DNA of 64,000 bases, taken from positions 832,001 to 896,000 of the forward strand of contig OY761611.1 of NCBI GenBank assembly GCA_963664875.1. The letters are read 5' to 3'. The notes below the pieces were generated by a model, which was not told the DNA's origin, did not search any database, and saw only the letters and a program-made list of their open reading frames with translations. Below, piece by piece: positions 47,180 to 58,068 of this stretch (its first letter is position 1; the number at the start of each line of letters is the position of its first letter). Position numbers and translations under genes: made by a program. The DNA comes from Candidatus Kapaibacterium sp. Its GTDB lineage: Bacteria > Bacteroidota > Ignavibacteria > Kapaibacteriales > UBA2268.

Positions 47180-48820
47180 TTACATTCTTTCAGGAGCGGA
47201 AACTCCGAGTATTTTTAGTCCGTTAAGCAAAGCATTACGAGTAATATCTAAAAGCTTAATCCTTGCCTGCATCAAATCATTTTCGATACCCAAAATCCTA
47301 CACTCATGATAGAACAAATGGAAATCTGAAGCTAATTTTCTCAAGTAATCTGCAAGAATATGTGGTTCAAACTTGTTAGCTGCAGTCATAATTGATTTTT
47401 CAAACTGCATCAGTGTTTTAATCAAGTTGATTTCATTTTGATGAGTAAGCAACGTCAAGTCTGCTTTATTTTCAACACTAATTTCGTTTTCTTTCAACTT
47501 TTCGAATATTGAAGAGATTCTAGCATGTGCGTACTGAAGATAAAACACCGGATTTTTGTCGCTCTGTTCTTTAGCCAAAGACAAATCAAATTCTAAGTGA
47601 GTCTGAATGCCACGCATAAGTAAGAAAAATCTGACAACATCTTCCCCTACTTCATCTAAGAGCTCATCTAATGTATAAGATTTTCCGGTTCTTTTTGACA
47701 TCTTTACCTGCTGTCCATTTTCAGTAAGAGTAACAAACTGATGAAGCAGTACTTTGACTTTTTCAGGGTCATATCCTAATGCTTTTACACCTGACAGTAC
47801 ATCAGGCACAGTAGCTATATGATCAGCACCAAAAACATCAATCATCAAATCAAAGCCGCGTCTGAATTTTTCTCTGTGGTATGCTATATCAGGCAATCTA
47901 TATGTTGGCTCACCACTTGACTTAACAATAACTCTGTCGTCGTCCTGTCCAAGCTCTGAGAGCTTAAGCCAGAGTGCACCGTCTTTTTCGTAAGCAAGAT
48001 TATGTTCTTTAAAGTATTCTATGATTTCGTCTATCTTCCCCTCTTCATATAGAGAGTTCTCATTGTAATAAACATCTTGAATGATACTCATTCTATTGAG
48101 GGTTGCTTTAATTTTGGCAAAGCACCACTTTTCGCCCAACTCTTTAAAGAGCTTTAGATTTTCAGGGCTTGGCTCTTCATATCCTGCACCATAGTTATCA
48201 AAAAATTCCTGTGCTATGGTTTTGACATACTCACCATGATAAGCGTCCTCAAACATAGGAAAATCAGGATTATTAAGCTGCATATAACGAGCGTGGATGG
48301 ACTTCGCTAAATTATTCATCTGGTTGCCGGCATTATTGAAGTAATACTCTCTCGTTACTTCGTAGCCACACCATTCATACAAATTAGCAACGGTATCTCC
48401 TATACAGGCATTTCTTCCGTGTCCGAGATGCAACAATCCGGTAGGATTAGCACTTACATATTCCACGTTTACTTTTACGCCTTTGCCAATCTCTAACTTC
48501 CCGAAATTTTCTGCTTTGTTCAACATCTTTTCGAGTTGCACAGCAAAGAAATTATCTGAGAACTTAATATTTATAAAACCTGCTCCGGCAATAGAAACTT
48601 CCGTAATAACAGCATTATCATAGGATAGATTAGCGATTATTTCTTCAGCAATAGCACGCGGAGCTTTTTTTAGCAATCTGGCAAGCTGCATGGCAATATT
48701 GGAAGACAAATCGCCATGCTCTTTGTTTTTCGGAACTTCAAAAATAATTTCACCGTCAAAATCAACGCCTAATTTACTTAGAGCCGCTTGAAAAATAGGT
48801 AATGCGTATTCCTGATACAT
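47180..48820 (-). CDS. argS: Arginine--tRNA ligase
   Basis: EYVSANPTGLLHLGHGR, GADH, MSKRTG, YLQYAHAR, APERM. Confidence 0.97.
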   Translation of the reverse strand: MYQEYALPIFQAALSKLGVDFDGEIIFEVPKNKEHGDLSSNIAMQLARLLKKAPRAIAEEIIANLSYDNAVITEVSIAGAGFINIKFSDNFFAVQLEKMLNKAENFGKLEIGKGVKVNVEYVSANPTGLLHLGHGRNACIGDTVANLYEWCGYEVTREYYFNNAGNQMNNLAKSIHARYMQLNNPDFPMFEDAYHGEYVKTIAQEFFDNYGAGYEEPSPENLKLFKELGEKWCFAKIKATLNRMSIIQDVYYNENSLYEEGKIDEIIEYFKEHNLAYEKDGALWLKLSELGQDDDRVIVKSSGEPTYRLPDIAYHREKFRRGFDLMIDVFGADHIATVPDVLSGVKALGYDPEKVKVLLHQFVTLTENGQQVKMSKRTGKSYTLDELLDEVGEDVVRFFLLMRGIQTHLEFDLSLAKEQSDKNPVFYLQYAHARISSIFEKLKENEISVENKADLTLLTHQNEINLIKTLMQFEKSIMTAANKFEPHILADYLRKLASDFHLFYHECRILGIENDLMQARIKLLDITRNALLNGLKILGVSAPERM

Positions 48821-49261
48821 TTATTCTTCTTCCCAATCTCTATTGTTAAATATATAACTAATGTCGTCGAATTTTATCTTTTTAGGTTCGCCTTTTTCAT
48901 TGAGCTTATAGAATTTTCCATCAGCCCATAGCTTTTCGATAGCATAATAAGCACGTTTTTTATCAAGCATGATGTGCATCATCACATCAAAAAAGTCAAT
49001 GATGACCCATTCTGCATTGCTCAAACCTTCTTCACGAGGTTTATCTAAACCTATGTTTTTAGCTGTGCGGAGTACTGAGTCTGCTATGGCTCTGACTTGA
49101 ATATCAGAATCGCATGAGCATAGTACAAAAAAATCAGACGGAGTGGATTCGAGTGCAGATAAATCAAGCAACACTACATCTTTAGCAATCTTATCTTCTG
49201 CAAGTCTTGCACAAAATGTAGCTAATCCTTTAGAACTTCTGGGTTTTACAATTTTAGCCAA
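48821..49261 (-). CDS. rsfS: Ribosome silencing factor
   Basis: DKIAKDV..LDL, FFVLCS..QVRAIAD, WVIIDF, YYAIEKLW. Confidence 0.9.
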   Translation of the reverse strand: MAKIVKPRSSKGLATFCARLAEDKIAKDVVLLDLSALESTPSDFFVLCSCDSDIQVRAIADSVLRTAKNIGLDKPREEGLSNAEWVIIDFFDVMMHIMLDKKRAYYAIEKLWADGKFYKLNEKGEPKKIKFDDISYIFNNRDWEEE

Positions 49262-49343
49262 AGTATTTCCGATATTTTACTTTAAGAACAACATAATTTG
49301 ACTTAGCAAAATAAGAATTAAATACAGAAGCTAAAAATAATAT

Positions 49344-49814
49344 TTATTTAAAGAGACTTAGGTTCTGATAGTCACTGCCAATAATTACTGTAGCGTGCAG
49401 ATAAACTTCCGGTTCCTGTGCTTCCACAATACAATTGTCTTCCAATCCAAGTGCATAAGCAAGTTTTCTTGCATTTTTATCGTCTGTGCTGCGATTTATT
49501 ACGACTGTTTTATCAAGTAACTCTTTAGCATTGCCTATTTCCACAACGTCAAATCCTTTTCCACGTAAAAATTCTTTAGTTTGTGCTGCTAACCCTTTTA
49601 CATCGCATGCATTCAATATATTTAGCTGCACAGTGCTTTCAAGAGCATATTTTTCGTAATCGTCATCAAGACTTGCACCGTCGGGTGAATAAATAACATT
49701 TCTAACAATAAAAGAGCTTAGCATTGTAATTACTACTATACCAAGTACTGACATCCAGAAAGTTTTCAAAATTTGTTCCGGAGAAAATCTGCTTAGCATT
49801 TCACGAAGATTCAT
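49344..49814 (-). CDS. Membrane protein with LytR C-terminal domain
   Basis: One TM helix; ILNACDVKGLA..LRGKGF..GNA, TVIIGSDY. Confidence 0.85.
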   Translation of the reverse strand: MNLREMLSRFSPEQILKTFWMSVLGIVVITMLSSFIVRNVIYSPDGASLDDDYEKYALESTVQLNILNACDVKGLAAQTKEFLRGKGFDVVEIGNAKELLDKTVVINRSTDDKNARKLAYALGLEDNCIVEAQEPEVYLHATVIIGSDYQNLSLFK

Positions 49815-49881
49815 ATTATATTGTTCTTTAGTGTTATACATTGTTTCTTGAGATAATTATCTATCAAATACTGAGCCAATC

Positions 49882-51129
49882 ATGCAAGTTTTTAGAGCTT
49901 CTATTATAAATCCTACAAATTTTGAGTCCGCAGAGTATATAGCTGATGCAGGTATAGCTATTGATGAGGGTATCATCTTACAGTATGGAGAATTTAATTT
50001 TTTAAAAAAAATATATCCTAATGCAGACATTATAGATTATACTGATTATATCATTACTCCCGGCTTTATTGATTTGCATACTCATATCCCTCAATTTCCT
50101 GCAATAGGGCTTGGCAAAGGAAATCTGCTACCGTGGCTCAATCAAAACATTTTTCCTTTAGAGAAAAAATTTGAAAATTATGATTATGCCTTATCGCTCT
50201 CTGATTTCTTTTTTCAGAAGGCAATCTCTTGCGGCACAACAACCATAGTAGCTTACAGCTCCCTTCACAAAACAGGAACCCGAGCTGCAATTGATGCTGC
50301 CTACCACTCCGGAATCAATCTCTATATTGGAAAAGTGATGATGGATTTAGGTAATGATTTCTATAAACATACCACTGAGCAAAATGTAGAAGATACTTTA
50401 GAACTCATTGATTATGTAAATTCTCGCAATTCGAAGAATATCAATTATGTAGTTACACCACGATATGCAGGTTCTTGCTCTTTCGAGCTTCTCACAGCTG
50501 CTGCAGAAATTGCAAGTCAGCACAATCTTTTAATACAGACACATTTGGCAGAAAACACTTCAGAATTAGATTACGTTGCAAGCCTTCATCCAAATTGCAG
50601 TTCATACACTGATATTTATTTCAAATCAGGGATAATGGAATGTCAGCCATTACTGGCTCATTGCATATATTTAGATGAAGAATCTTTAGATATTATTAGT
50701 TCTACATCCTCTCCGATTGTCCACTGCCCATCTTCCAATAGGTATCTGATGAGTGGTAAAATGCAGTTCATGAAATATCATAATCTTGGGTTAGAAGTTG
50801 GATTGGGTACAGATGTCGCAGGAGGTTACAGTCTTTCCATGATTAACGAGATGCGTGAAGCAATAGAAAACTCGGGAGATTTGATTCAAGACAATAATTC
50901 AGGGCAAATACTTTCTGCTCATAATGCCTTCTATGCAGCTACTTTGGGAGCTGCTTCAATCCTAAATCGCAATGATATTGGCAAAATAGAGGCTAAGAAA
51001 AATGCTGATTTGGTTGTACATAAAGTATTTCGTAAAACCAACTCAGAATCTGATTTGTTACAAATCATATATGGAAATTCGGCAGTCAAATCTGTTTACA
51101 AAGACGGAATTCTAAAGTTTAGTCTTTAA
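49882..51129 (+). CDS. guaD: Guanine deaminase (amidohydrolase)
   Basis: PGFIDLHTHIPQ, TPRYA, QTHLAEN, HCPSSN, GTDVAGG. Confidence 0.88.
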   Translation: MQVFRASIINPTNFESAEYIADAGIAIDEGIILQYGEFNFLKKIYPNADIIDYTDYIITPGFIDLHTHIPQFPAIGLGKGNLLPWLNQNIFPLEKKFENYDYALSLSDFFFQKAISCGTTTIVAYSSLHKTGTRAAIDAAYHSGINLYIGKVMMDLGNDFYKHTTEQNVEDTLELIDYVNSRNSKNINYVVTPRYAGSCSFELLTAAAEIASQHNLLIQTHLAENTSELDYVASLHPNCSSYTDIYFKSGIMECQPLLAHCIYLDEESLDIISSTSSPIVHCPSSNRYLMSGKMQFMKYHNLGLEVGLGTDVAGGYSLSMINEMREAIENSGDLIQDNNSGQILSAHNAFYAATLGAASILNRNDIGKIEAKKNADLVVHKVFRKTNSESDLLQIIYGNSAVKSVYKDGILKFSL

Positions 51130-51730
51130 ACAGATAAATCTTGTTTCTAAGTTCTTCTAATAAGAGCTTGCGTGCTCTGAACAGATGAGCTTTGACAGTA
51201 CCCAAAGGTAAATCTAATAATTCGGCTATATTTTTATAGTCCATTTCTTTTTCGTGTCGCAATTTGATAATCTCTCTGTAGTTTTCAGGTAAATTATCAA
51301 TAGCCTCTCTCAAGGCAGCCAGTTTTTCTTCGGACATGACCGAATCATCAGGCATATAGGTTTTATCCTCAATTTCGAAGAAATGATTATCTTCGCTATT
51401 GCCTATAGGCTTATCTATGGAAATAGTTGGAAATCTTTTTTTGCGTAAAAAATCTATACAGGTATTAGAAGCTATCCTATAGAGCCAAGCAGAAAAGGAA
51501 TAACCAAACTGGAAAGTCGAAAGTGCATTAAAAGCCTTAATAAAAGACTCTTGAGTCAAATCATCAACATCATCTTCGTTTTGCACCATCTTGCGTATCA
51601 GAGACGCAATAATTCTTTTGTATTTTTTTTGCAAAAAATCAAATGCAGCATGATTACCGTCTAAGACTTCTCTGATAGCCTGAAAGTCTTCTTCTTGGTT
51701 CTGTTTGTTAGGTTGAATTTTAGTTGACAT
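51119..51730 (-). CDS. ECF RNA polymerase sigma factor (SigW/RpoE-like)
   Basis: DLTQESF, FSAWLYRIA.N.CID, YKNIAELL..PLGTVKAHLFRAR. Confidence 0.92.
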   Translation of the reverse strand: MSTKIQPNKQNQEEDFQAIREVLDGNHAAFDFLQKKYKRIIASLIRKMVQNEDDVDDLTQESFIKAFNALSTFQFGYSFSAWLYRIASNTCIDFLRKKRFPTISIDKPIGNSEDNHFFEIEDKTYMPDDSVMSEEKLAALREAIDNLPENYREIIKLRHEKEMDYKNIAELLDLPLGTVKAHLFRARKLLLEELRNKIYLFKD

Positions 51731-51807
51731 ATTGTATTACTCAATTGCACATTGCGACTATACCAAATTTACTAACAATTAAATTTCCTTACAAACTGTA
51801 ATTTCAA

Positions 51808-53538
51808 TTATTGAATAATTGGCATAGTAATAACAAATTTAGAGCCTTCGGAATATTGTGGATCAACATAAATGGAGCCGCCGTGCAACTGCACTATATG
51901 TTTCACAATAGATAGCCCCAGCCCTGTTCCTCCCACCTTCCTTGAACGTGATTTGTCCACTCTGTAGAACCTTTCAAACACTCTGTCTTTATCTTCGTCG
52001 GGAATTCCGACGCCGGAATCTGCAATTTCGATAACAGCATTTTGGTCTAACTTAAATACTTTGAGATCAATTTTGCCTGATTCTGTATATTTGATTGCGT
52101 TATCTATCAGATTTACAAAGACCTGCTCAATTTTGAAATTATCTATCAACAATTCAGGGAAGTTTTCTTCTACAGACACATTAAACTTCAAATTCTTTTC
52201 TAATAATTTCGGATCAAAGATTTTTGAGACATTTTCAATTAACTTTCTTATATCAACATGGCTTTTCAGCAAAGTTTTGTTGACATTTTCAAGTTCGCTC
52301 AGCATCATTAAATCCTGAACTATGTTTATCAATCTATTTGTATGTCTTTTTATGATATCAACGTATCTTTTACCTGTTTCTTCGAGGACTTCATCTTCGA
52401 GAGTCTCTATAAATCCTTTTATTGCTGTCAAAGGAGTTCTAAGTTCATGCGAAACATTTGTAACAAAATCCTTTTTAAGCAATTCGAGTTCTTTTGCTTT
52501 TGTTACATCTCTAAGTAAAAACACAATCTCATTTTTAGATTCGATATAGTTAGCACTTACAGCAAAGAATTTTTTTTCTATTTGCAAATCCTTATGTATA
52601 GATTTCTTGTTATCTACAACCTCTCTAAATAATTTACCAAATTCTTCGCTGTCAATCACTTCCCAATAATATGTGTCTTTGCAATTTTTGCATGCAATCA
52701 TCTTTGAAAAAGAGTAATTGGAAAGTAAAATCTTACCTTTAATATCAAATACAGCTAAACCCTCGCTGATAGAGGCTATGATAGTATTTAGCTCTTCTTT
52801 TTGACTTGTTACTTTTGTGAATAGTTCTTTGATTTTTTGAGTCATAAAATTGAAATTGTCAGAAAGATCTTTTATTTCAGACTTCCCATGAAGAAAAACT
52901 TTGACATCAAAATCACCTGAAGCAACTTTCTGAGCAGCCATAGATATTTTTTGGAGCGGTTTGGTAATTGAACGAGTGAAAAATAATACAGCAAATAAAG
53001 TAAACAGTACAAAAATGGAAACCACTTCCAAAATTTCAAATAAAATATCTATGATTAGTGTATCAATCTCATTGGCATATAATGATACTCTGCTAAGTGC
53101 AATAATTTTACCTCTGTCTATTATCGGATGAGCTACATATAGCATCCTTTCTTTGACTGTAGTAGAATATCTTAGAGTAGTACCAAAATCTTTAGACAGG
53201 GCTTTTACTATTTCCGGACGGCTTTTGTGGTTTTCCATCATTAGCGGATTTTTTTCAGAATCAGCAATCACCTTCCCACTTGTATCAATCACAGTAATAC
53301 GTGTGTGGATTTTTTTGCCCAAATTTTTTACATAGTTGTCTAAATCCGAGTATTCTTGATTTTTAAGATACTGGAGTAAATTCGGATGAATAGTGTTATT
53401 TAAATTGATAAGCTGATTGGTCAGAGAATCCTGGTAATGAGTTTTGATTTTCTGATAAGAAAATAGTACTATAATAGCAGTCAGGCTAACTATTACCAAT
53501 AGATAGCCTGAAAAGATTTTTGAAGATAAGAGTTTCAT
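51808..53538 (-). CDS. phoR: PhoR-like sensor histidine kinase (Cache-HAMP-PAS-HisKA)
   Basis: ENHKSRPE, FVTNVSHELRTPLT, NLIDNAIKY, FYRVDKSRSR..GGTGLGL. Confidence 0.85.
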   Translation of the reverse strand: MKLLSSKIFSGYLLVIVSLTAIIVLFSYQKIKTHYQDSLTNQLINLNNTIHPNLLQYLKNQEYSDLDNYVKNLGKKIHTRITVIDTSGKVIADSEKNPLMMENHKSRPEIVKALSKDFGTTLRYSTTVKERMLYVAHPIIDRGKIIALSRVSLYANEIDTLIIDILFEILEVVSIFVLFTLFAVLFFTRSITKPLQKISMAAQKVASGDFDVKVFLHGKSEIKDLSDNFNFMTQKIKELFTKVTSQKEELNTIIASISEGLAVFDIKGKILLSNYSFSKMIACKNCKDTYYWEVIDSEEFGKLFREVVDNKKSIHKDLQIEKKFFAVSANYIESKNEIVFLLRDVTKAKELELLKKDFVTNVSHELRTPLTAIKGFIETLEDEVLEETGKRYVDIIKRHTNRLINIVQDLMMLSELENVNKTLLKSHVDIRKLIENVSKIFDPKLLEKNLKFNVSVEENFPELLIDNFKIEQVFVNLIDNAIKYTESGKIDLKVFKLDQNAVIEIADSGVGIPDEDKDRVFERFYRVDKSRSRKVGGTGLGLSIVKHIVQLHGGSIYVDPQYSEGSKFVITMPIIQ

Positions 53539-53539
53539 A

Positions 53540-54268
53540 TTAGACTTCTAATTTATAACCAACGCCACGAATGTTTTTGATATATTTGCCGCAAATACCA
53601 AGTTTTTCTCTAAGATTTTTGATATGCACATCTACGGTTCTGTCCAGTACACCTTTGTCCTGCACTCCAAGATAATCTAAAATTTGATCTCTGGCATATA
53701 CCCAACCTTTCCTTTCAGAAAGAAGTCTTAATATTCTAAACTCAGTAGAAGTAAGTTCAATTTTTTGATTATCTACTCTTACTTCATATTTTTGAAGATC
53801 TATTTCGAGGTTCTCAGAGACTTTGATTTTTTGAGTTTTCACAGTAGTATTTTCTCTTCTGAGTACTACTTTCACTCTTGCTACAAGTTCACGAGGAGAA
53901 AAAGGTTTAGTAACATAATCATCAGCACCTAATTCCAATCCTAATACCTTGTCGGTTTCGTCGCCTCTTGCTGTTAGCATTATGACAGGGATATTTGCAA
54001 ACTTTTCTTCTTTTTTGAGAAATTTGCATATCTCAAATCCATCTGCATCCGGTAGCATCAAATCAAGAATAAACAAATCCGGAGTGTTATTGTTGATGAA
54101 TTTAAACAAAGCGGTAGCATCTTCGAAGGATTTGACTTTAAAGCCAGCCTTTTCTAAGTGCAAAGACACTAATTCCACTATATCGGGCTCATCATCAACT
54201 ATGGCAATCATTTTTGAATTTCCCGGTTGAATGGAAGCTAAGGGACCATTGTTAAAATTTGCAGACAT
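53540..54268 (-). CDS. phoB: PhoB/PhoP-like OmpR-family response regulator
   Basis: LDLMLP, GADDYVTKPF, RTVDVHI..LREKL, RGVGY; operonic with phoR. Confidence 0.82.
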   Translation of the reverse strand: MSANFNNGPLASIQPGNSKMIAIVDDEPDIVELVSLHLEKAGFKVKSFEDATALFKFINNNTPDLFILDLMLPDADGFEICKFLKKEEKFANIPVIMLTARGDETDKVLGLELGADDYVTKPFSPRELVARVKVVLRRENTTVKTQKIKVSENLEIDLQKYEVRVDNQKIELTSTEFRILRLLSERKGWVYARDQILDYLGVQDKGVLDRTVDVHIKNLREKLGICGKYIKNIRGVGYKLEV

Positions 54269-54306
54269 TTGTTTTCCCTGATTAAATAATGTAACATCAA
54301 GCTATA

Positions 54307-54341
54307 CAAAGATAGTCTTTCACTGTGAAGTTTTTGTTTAG
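54307..54341 (-). promoter_or_regulatory. phoBR promoter with Pho box
   Basis: Minus strand CTAAACA-aaaa-CTTCACA (54341-54324, 11-bp period) and TATCTTTG at 54314-54307. Confidence 0.6.
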
Positions 54342-54363
54342 TTTATACTTATAACGGGTTAAA

Positions 54364-55704
54364 CTACCTTTTATTAAGCCAATTAAAGATTACTTCAATC
54401 AATATCTTATCTACACTTCCTGTTCTTAGGTAGTCTTCTTGAGTTGGATTTGCAGACGATTGGTGGAATAAATGATTTAGCCCATGCAGTCTCATCATAG
54501 TAGTCTGCTGTTTGTTCCCAAATAGTTCTTCCCAGATTTGCCAGTCTTTGTCGCTTGTCTGGAAATCATTTGTGCCTTGTAGAAACAGCATTGGTTTATC
54601 GAGTTTCGAAGCATAATCAGCGAGATTATAATTCTCCAAGTATTTCCAAAATGAAGCTGTCAGCCCTAATGGCAATTGTCGCGGCATTAGCTTGTCATTT
54701 TGAGAAATATTTTTAGCATTTTGTACTTTTATTGCTAATTCCTCCAAAAATTCTTTTTCCTGCTCATCAATATTGCCATCTAAATTAGCAAGATATTGGA
54801 ATTGATCCGTTACTGCATCTGCAAGATGTCTTCCCAAAGGAGCAAGATAAATACCACCAATAGCTTTAGAAGACTGATCTAATATTTTTGGAAGAAGATA
54901 ACCGCCAAGACTATGCCCGGCTACAAATATCTTGGACTTATTAATCAAATTGCACTTGTATAAGGTATCTATAGCAGCAATCACATCATCTACAACTACT
55001 TTGTCAAAATCAACATCTACAAGCTTTGACATTTTGTTTTTGTAAGTATATGTTCTCTTGTCGTATCTAAAAACAGCAATTCCATTGCTCGAAAGTCCAT
55101 AAGCTATATCTCTAAAGATTTTGTTTTCACCTATCGTCATGTCTTTATCATGAGGACCTGAACCATGAACGAGAATTACAACTTTGGGTTTACCTATAAC
55201 GTTTTTTGGGATTGTAAGTATTCCGTCTAACTCCCAATCTTTGTAACCAAATCTGATATTCTTTTCTTCGAACAAGGAAGTATCTGCGTATGCAGGTATT
55301 TTATAATTGTCGCTTCTTCTATTCATCGGCGAAAAAAACAAGCCGGCAATTCGATTTGTTGTATCATAAGTAATTTTGGTACTTACATCTTGATTAGTAA
55401 ATCCAACTATAACATCTACCATCCAATAATTATCATTGGGCAATAGCTGCGAGGACTTAATTACTTCAAATTTGCCGTAAACTTTTTCTAATTGTTCCCA
55501 GATTGCTTTGAGTTGCTCTGCTTTGAGCTGCTGTGCCATATTTTCATCAAACTTTTGGTATAATGAATCATACTTGTTTTCTGCAAATAATCTGATTGAG
55601 TTATTTGCATCTTCGATATACCCAAAATCTTTTTGCTGGGCATATACATTAGATGCAATAAAAAACAGACCTATCCAAAGAGCAAATTGAGCAATTCTAT
55701 TCAT
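54364..55704 (-). CDS. Secreted alpha/beta hydrolase with DUF3887-like N-domain
   Basis: VHGSGPHD, RYDKR, GHSLGG nucleophile, QGTND, LNHLF. Confidence 0.85.
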   Translation of the reverse strand: MNRIAQFALWIGLFFIASNVYAQQKDFGYIEDANNSIRLFAENKYDSLYQKFDENMAQQLKAEQLKAIWEQLEKVYGKFEVIKSSQLLPNDNYWMVDVIVGFTNQDVSTKITYDTTNRIAGLFFSPMNRRSDNYKIPAYADTSLFEEKNIRFGYKDWELDGILTIPKNVIGKPKVVILVHGSGPHDKDMTIGENKIFRDIAYGLSSNGIAVFRYDKRTYTYKNKMSKLVDVDFDKVVVDDVIAAIDTLYKCNLINKSKIFVAGHSLGGYLLPKILDQSSKAIGGIYLAPLGRHLADAVTDQFQYLANLDGNIDEQEKEFLEELAIKVQNAKNISQNDKLMPRQLPLGLTASFWKYLENYNLADYASKLDKPMLFLQGTNDFQTSDKDWQIWEELFGNKQQTTMMRLHGLNHLFHQSSANPTQEDYLRTGSVDKILIEVIFNWLNKR

Positions 55705-56641
55705 TTATTTCTCCTAATTTGAAGTTTATATATTCTACTGATTCTGCAATTACCTCTGTATCTGCAGGACTTATATATTTAACATTTTCTATACTTCTGT
55801 TCCATGTCATTTGACGCTTTGCATAGCGCCGGGTGTTTTTTTTCATTTCTTCTATTGCTTCTTCTTTAGTCATTTTACCTTCGAGAAAGGCAATACACTC
55901 TTTGTAACCAACAGTATTCAAAGAATTCAAATCTTTAGTATATCCCATATCCAAAACTGATTGTGTTTCTTCGATAAGCCCCTGCTCCCACATCAGTGCG
56001 GTTCTACGATTGATTCGATTATATATAGTCTCTCTGTCCCAATTTAGGGCAATATATATCGGTCGGTATTTACTTTTAACAGAGTCTTTTTCGTGAGCTT
56101 CCGAAAACAATTTACCTTCTGAGTAGTAAAATTCTAGTGCTCTTATAACTCTTCTTGTATTTTTGTCGGCATACTTTTCAGCTGAAACAGGATCGACTGA
56201 CATCAGTTCATTATAAAGATAATCTTTACCAAAGTCGGAAAGTTTATCATTTAACTCTTTCCTTATGCTAAGAGTTTTTTCTGATTTGTTATCGCCAAAC
56301 AATCCTTCGACTAAAGCTTTTACATAAAGCCCTGAACCACCTGCAATGATAGGAATTTTGCCTTGCAAATGCAAGTTATGTACAATTGCGTCTGCATCAT
56401 CTTCGAACATACCTGCACTGTAAGTTTTATCAGGTTCAAAAATATCTATTAGATGATGCTTTATTCCCTGCATTTCTTCCGCATTTGGCTTTGCGGTGCC
56501 AATAGTAAGATATTTGTAAATCTGTCTCGAATCTGCAGAAATAACTTCAGTATTGAAGTGTTTTGCAAGTTCCACAGCTAAACTCGTTTTACCCGAGGCA
56601 GTAGGTCCGATAATAATTATTAAGGGCAATTTTGAAGGCAT
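55697..56641 (-). CDS. miaA: tRNA dimethylallyltransferase
   Basis: GPTASGKT, SADSRQIY, GTAKP, GGSGLY, YAKRQMTW. Confidence 0.96.
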   Translation of the reverse strand: MPSKLPLIIIIGPTASGKTSLAVELAKHFNTEVISADSRQIYKYLTIGTAKPNAEEMQGIKHHLIDIFEPDKTYSAGMFEDDADAIVHNLHLQGKIPIIAGGSGLYVKALVEGLFGDNKSEKTLSIRKELNDKLSDFGKDYLYNELMSVDPVSAEKYADKNTRRVIRALEFYYSEGKLFSEAHEKDSVKSKYRPIYIALNWDRETIYNRINRRTALMWEQGLIEETQSVLDMGYTKDLNSLNTVGYKECIAFLEGKMTKEEAIEEMKKNTRRYAKRQMTWNRSIENVKYISPADTEVIAESVEYINFKLGEINE

Positions 56642-57279
56642 TATTTGTCCCAGCCGTATTTTCCAATAAGCGGTACAAATTTAAACTTATCTAAGTACTT
56701 TTGAAAGACTTTTCCGTTCTTTTTTTCAATCAGTAGCATTTGCTGTGAGTCTCTTTCTCCGACAGGTATTATCATCCTGCCATTAGTCGAAAGCTGATTA
56801 AGTAATTCGGGCGGAACTGCCGGTGCTGCAGCAGTTACTATGATTTTATCAAAAGGGGCATTTTCTTCCCAGCCGTGGGTGCCGTCAGCTAATTTAAAAC
56901 AAATTTTGCCTTGATAATCCTTCAATCTTAGCTTTACCTTATCGTAAAGGGCAGAAATTCTTTCAATGGTGTAAATCTTTTTAGCAATGCAGGCAAGAAT
57001 GGCTGTCTGATAGCCACTACCGGTACCAATTTCTAAAATGTGGTCAGAAGATTTGATTTTAAGTTTTTCTGTCATATATGCCACTGTATATGGCTGTGAG
57101 ATAGTTTGTAAGCAATCAATAGGCAGAGCCTTATCGAGGTAGGCATAAGGTTTAATGTCATCAGGCACAAAATCTTCACGAGGCACATCGTATATTGCAC
57201 GAAGCACCCTTTTATCTTTGATACCTTTATTTATCAGCGTTTCTATTAGTTTTTTCTTGTCCTCTATGATATTTACCAC
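56641..57279 (-). CDS. pcm: Protein-L-isoaspartate O-methyltransferase
   Basis: QTISQP, LEIGTGSGY, APFDKIIVTAA, FVPL. Confidence 0.95.
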   Translation of the reverse strand: MVNIIEDKKKLIETLINKGIKDKRVLRAIYDVPREDFVPDDIKPYAYLDKALPIDCLQTISQPYTVAYMTEKLKIKSSDHILEIGTGSGYQTAILACIAKKIYTIERISALYDKVKLRLKDYQGKICFKLADGTHGWEENAPFDKIIVTAAAPAVPPELLNQLSTNGRMIIPVGERDSQQMLLIEKKNGKVFQKYLDKFKFVPLIGKYGWDK

Positions 57280-57285
57280 CTCACC

Positions 57286-58056
57286 TTAGTTAGAAGCTAA
57301 TTTAGCACTTAACAATGTAGGAAGTTGATCTACAGGAATATTAATAATTAAGTCACCGCTATCCGCAATAGAAATCCCTCCTGTCTCTTCAGAAACAACG
57401 AGTATCACTGAGTCTAATTGTTCACTCAAGCCTAATGCAGCTCGGTGTCGGGTCCCAAGATTTTTGCCTTTCATTTTTTTAGCATTTGATAGCGGCAATA
57501 CACATCTTGCAGCCAATATCATTTGATTGTCTATAATCACAGCACCATCGTGTAAGGGTGCTTTAGTGTTAAATATTGAAACAAGCAATTCTCTCGATAC
57601 AACCGCTTGGATAGGAATTCCGGTGTCAATAGTCATCTGCACATTCTGAGAACGTGGGAACACAATGAGAGCTCCAATATGCTTATCCGATAATTCCAAA
57701 ACTGCATCTATTACTTCATCTATTGTTTCAGCAATTTTGGTTTTGACAAACAGTTGGAAAATTGGCGATCTTGTAATCAATAACAAAAGTTTTCTGAGTT
57801 CGGGTTGGAACAGTATTATGAATGCAACAAGCCAAATATCAGAGATAGTACGAAGTATCCAGTTGATTGATTTTAGATTGATGGCTTCTGTTACAAACGA
57901 AACTCCAATAATTATCACAAGTCCAAAAAGGATTTGAACCGCAATGGTATCTTTCAAAGCTCTATAAAGCCAGAATACGAGTACTGCAACTATTGTAATG
58001 TCTATTACATCTATTAGAGTAAAAGACAAAAAACCAATTTTGAATAGCTCTATCAT
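57286..58056 (-). CDS. cdaA: Diadenylate cyclase CdaA
   Basis: Three TM helices, FQPELR, PLHDGA, GTRHRAA, VSEETG. Confidence 0.93.
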   Translation of the reverse strand: MIELFKIGFLSFTLIDVIDITIVAVLVFWLYRALKDTIAVQILFGLVIIIGVSFVTEAINLKSINWILRTISDIWLVAFIILFQPELRKLLLLITRSPIFQLFVKTKIAETIDEVIDAVLELSDKHIGALIVFPRSQNVQMTIDTGIPIQAVVSRELLVSIFNTKAPLHDGAVIIDNQMILAARCVLPLSNAKKMKGKNLGTRHRAALGLSEQLDSVILVVSEETGGISIADSGDLIINIPVDQLPTLLSAKLASN

Positions 58057-58068
58057 GTAGTGTTTTGA

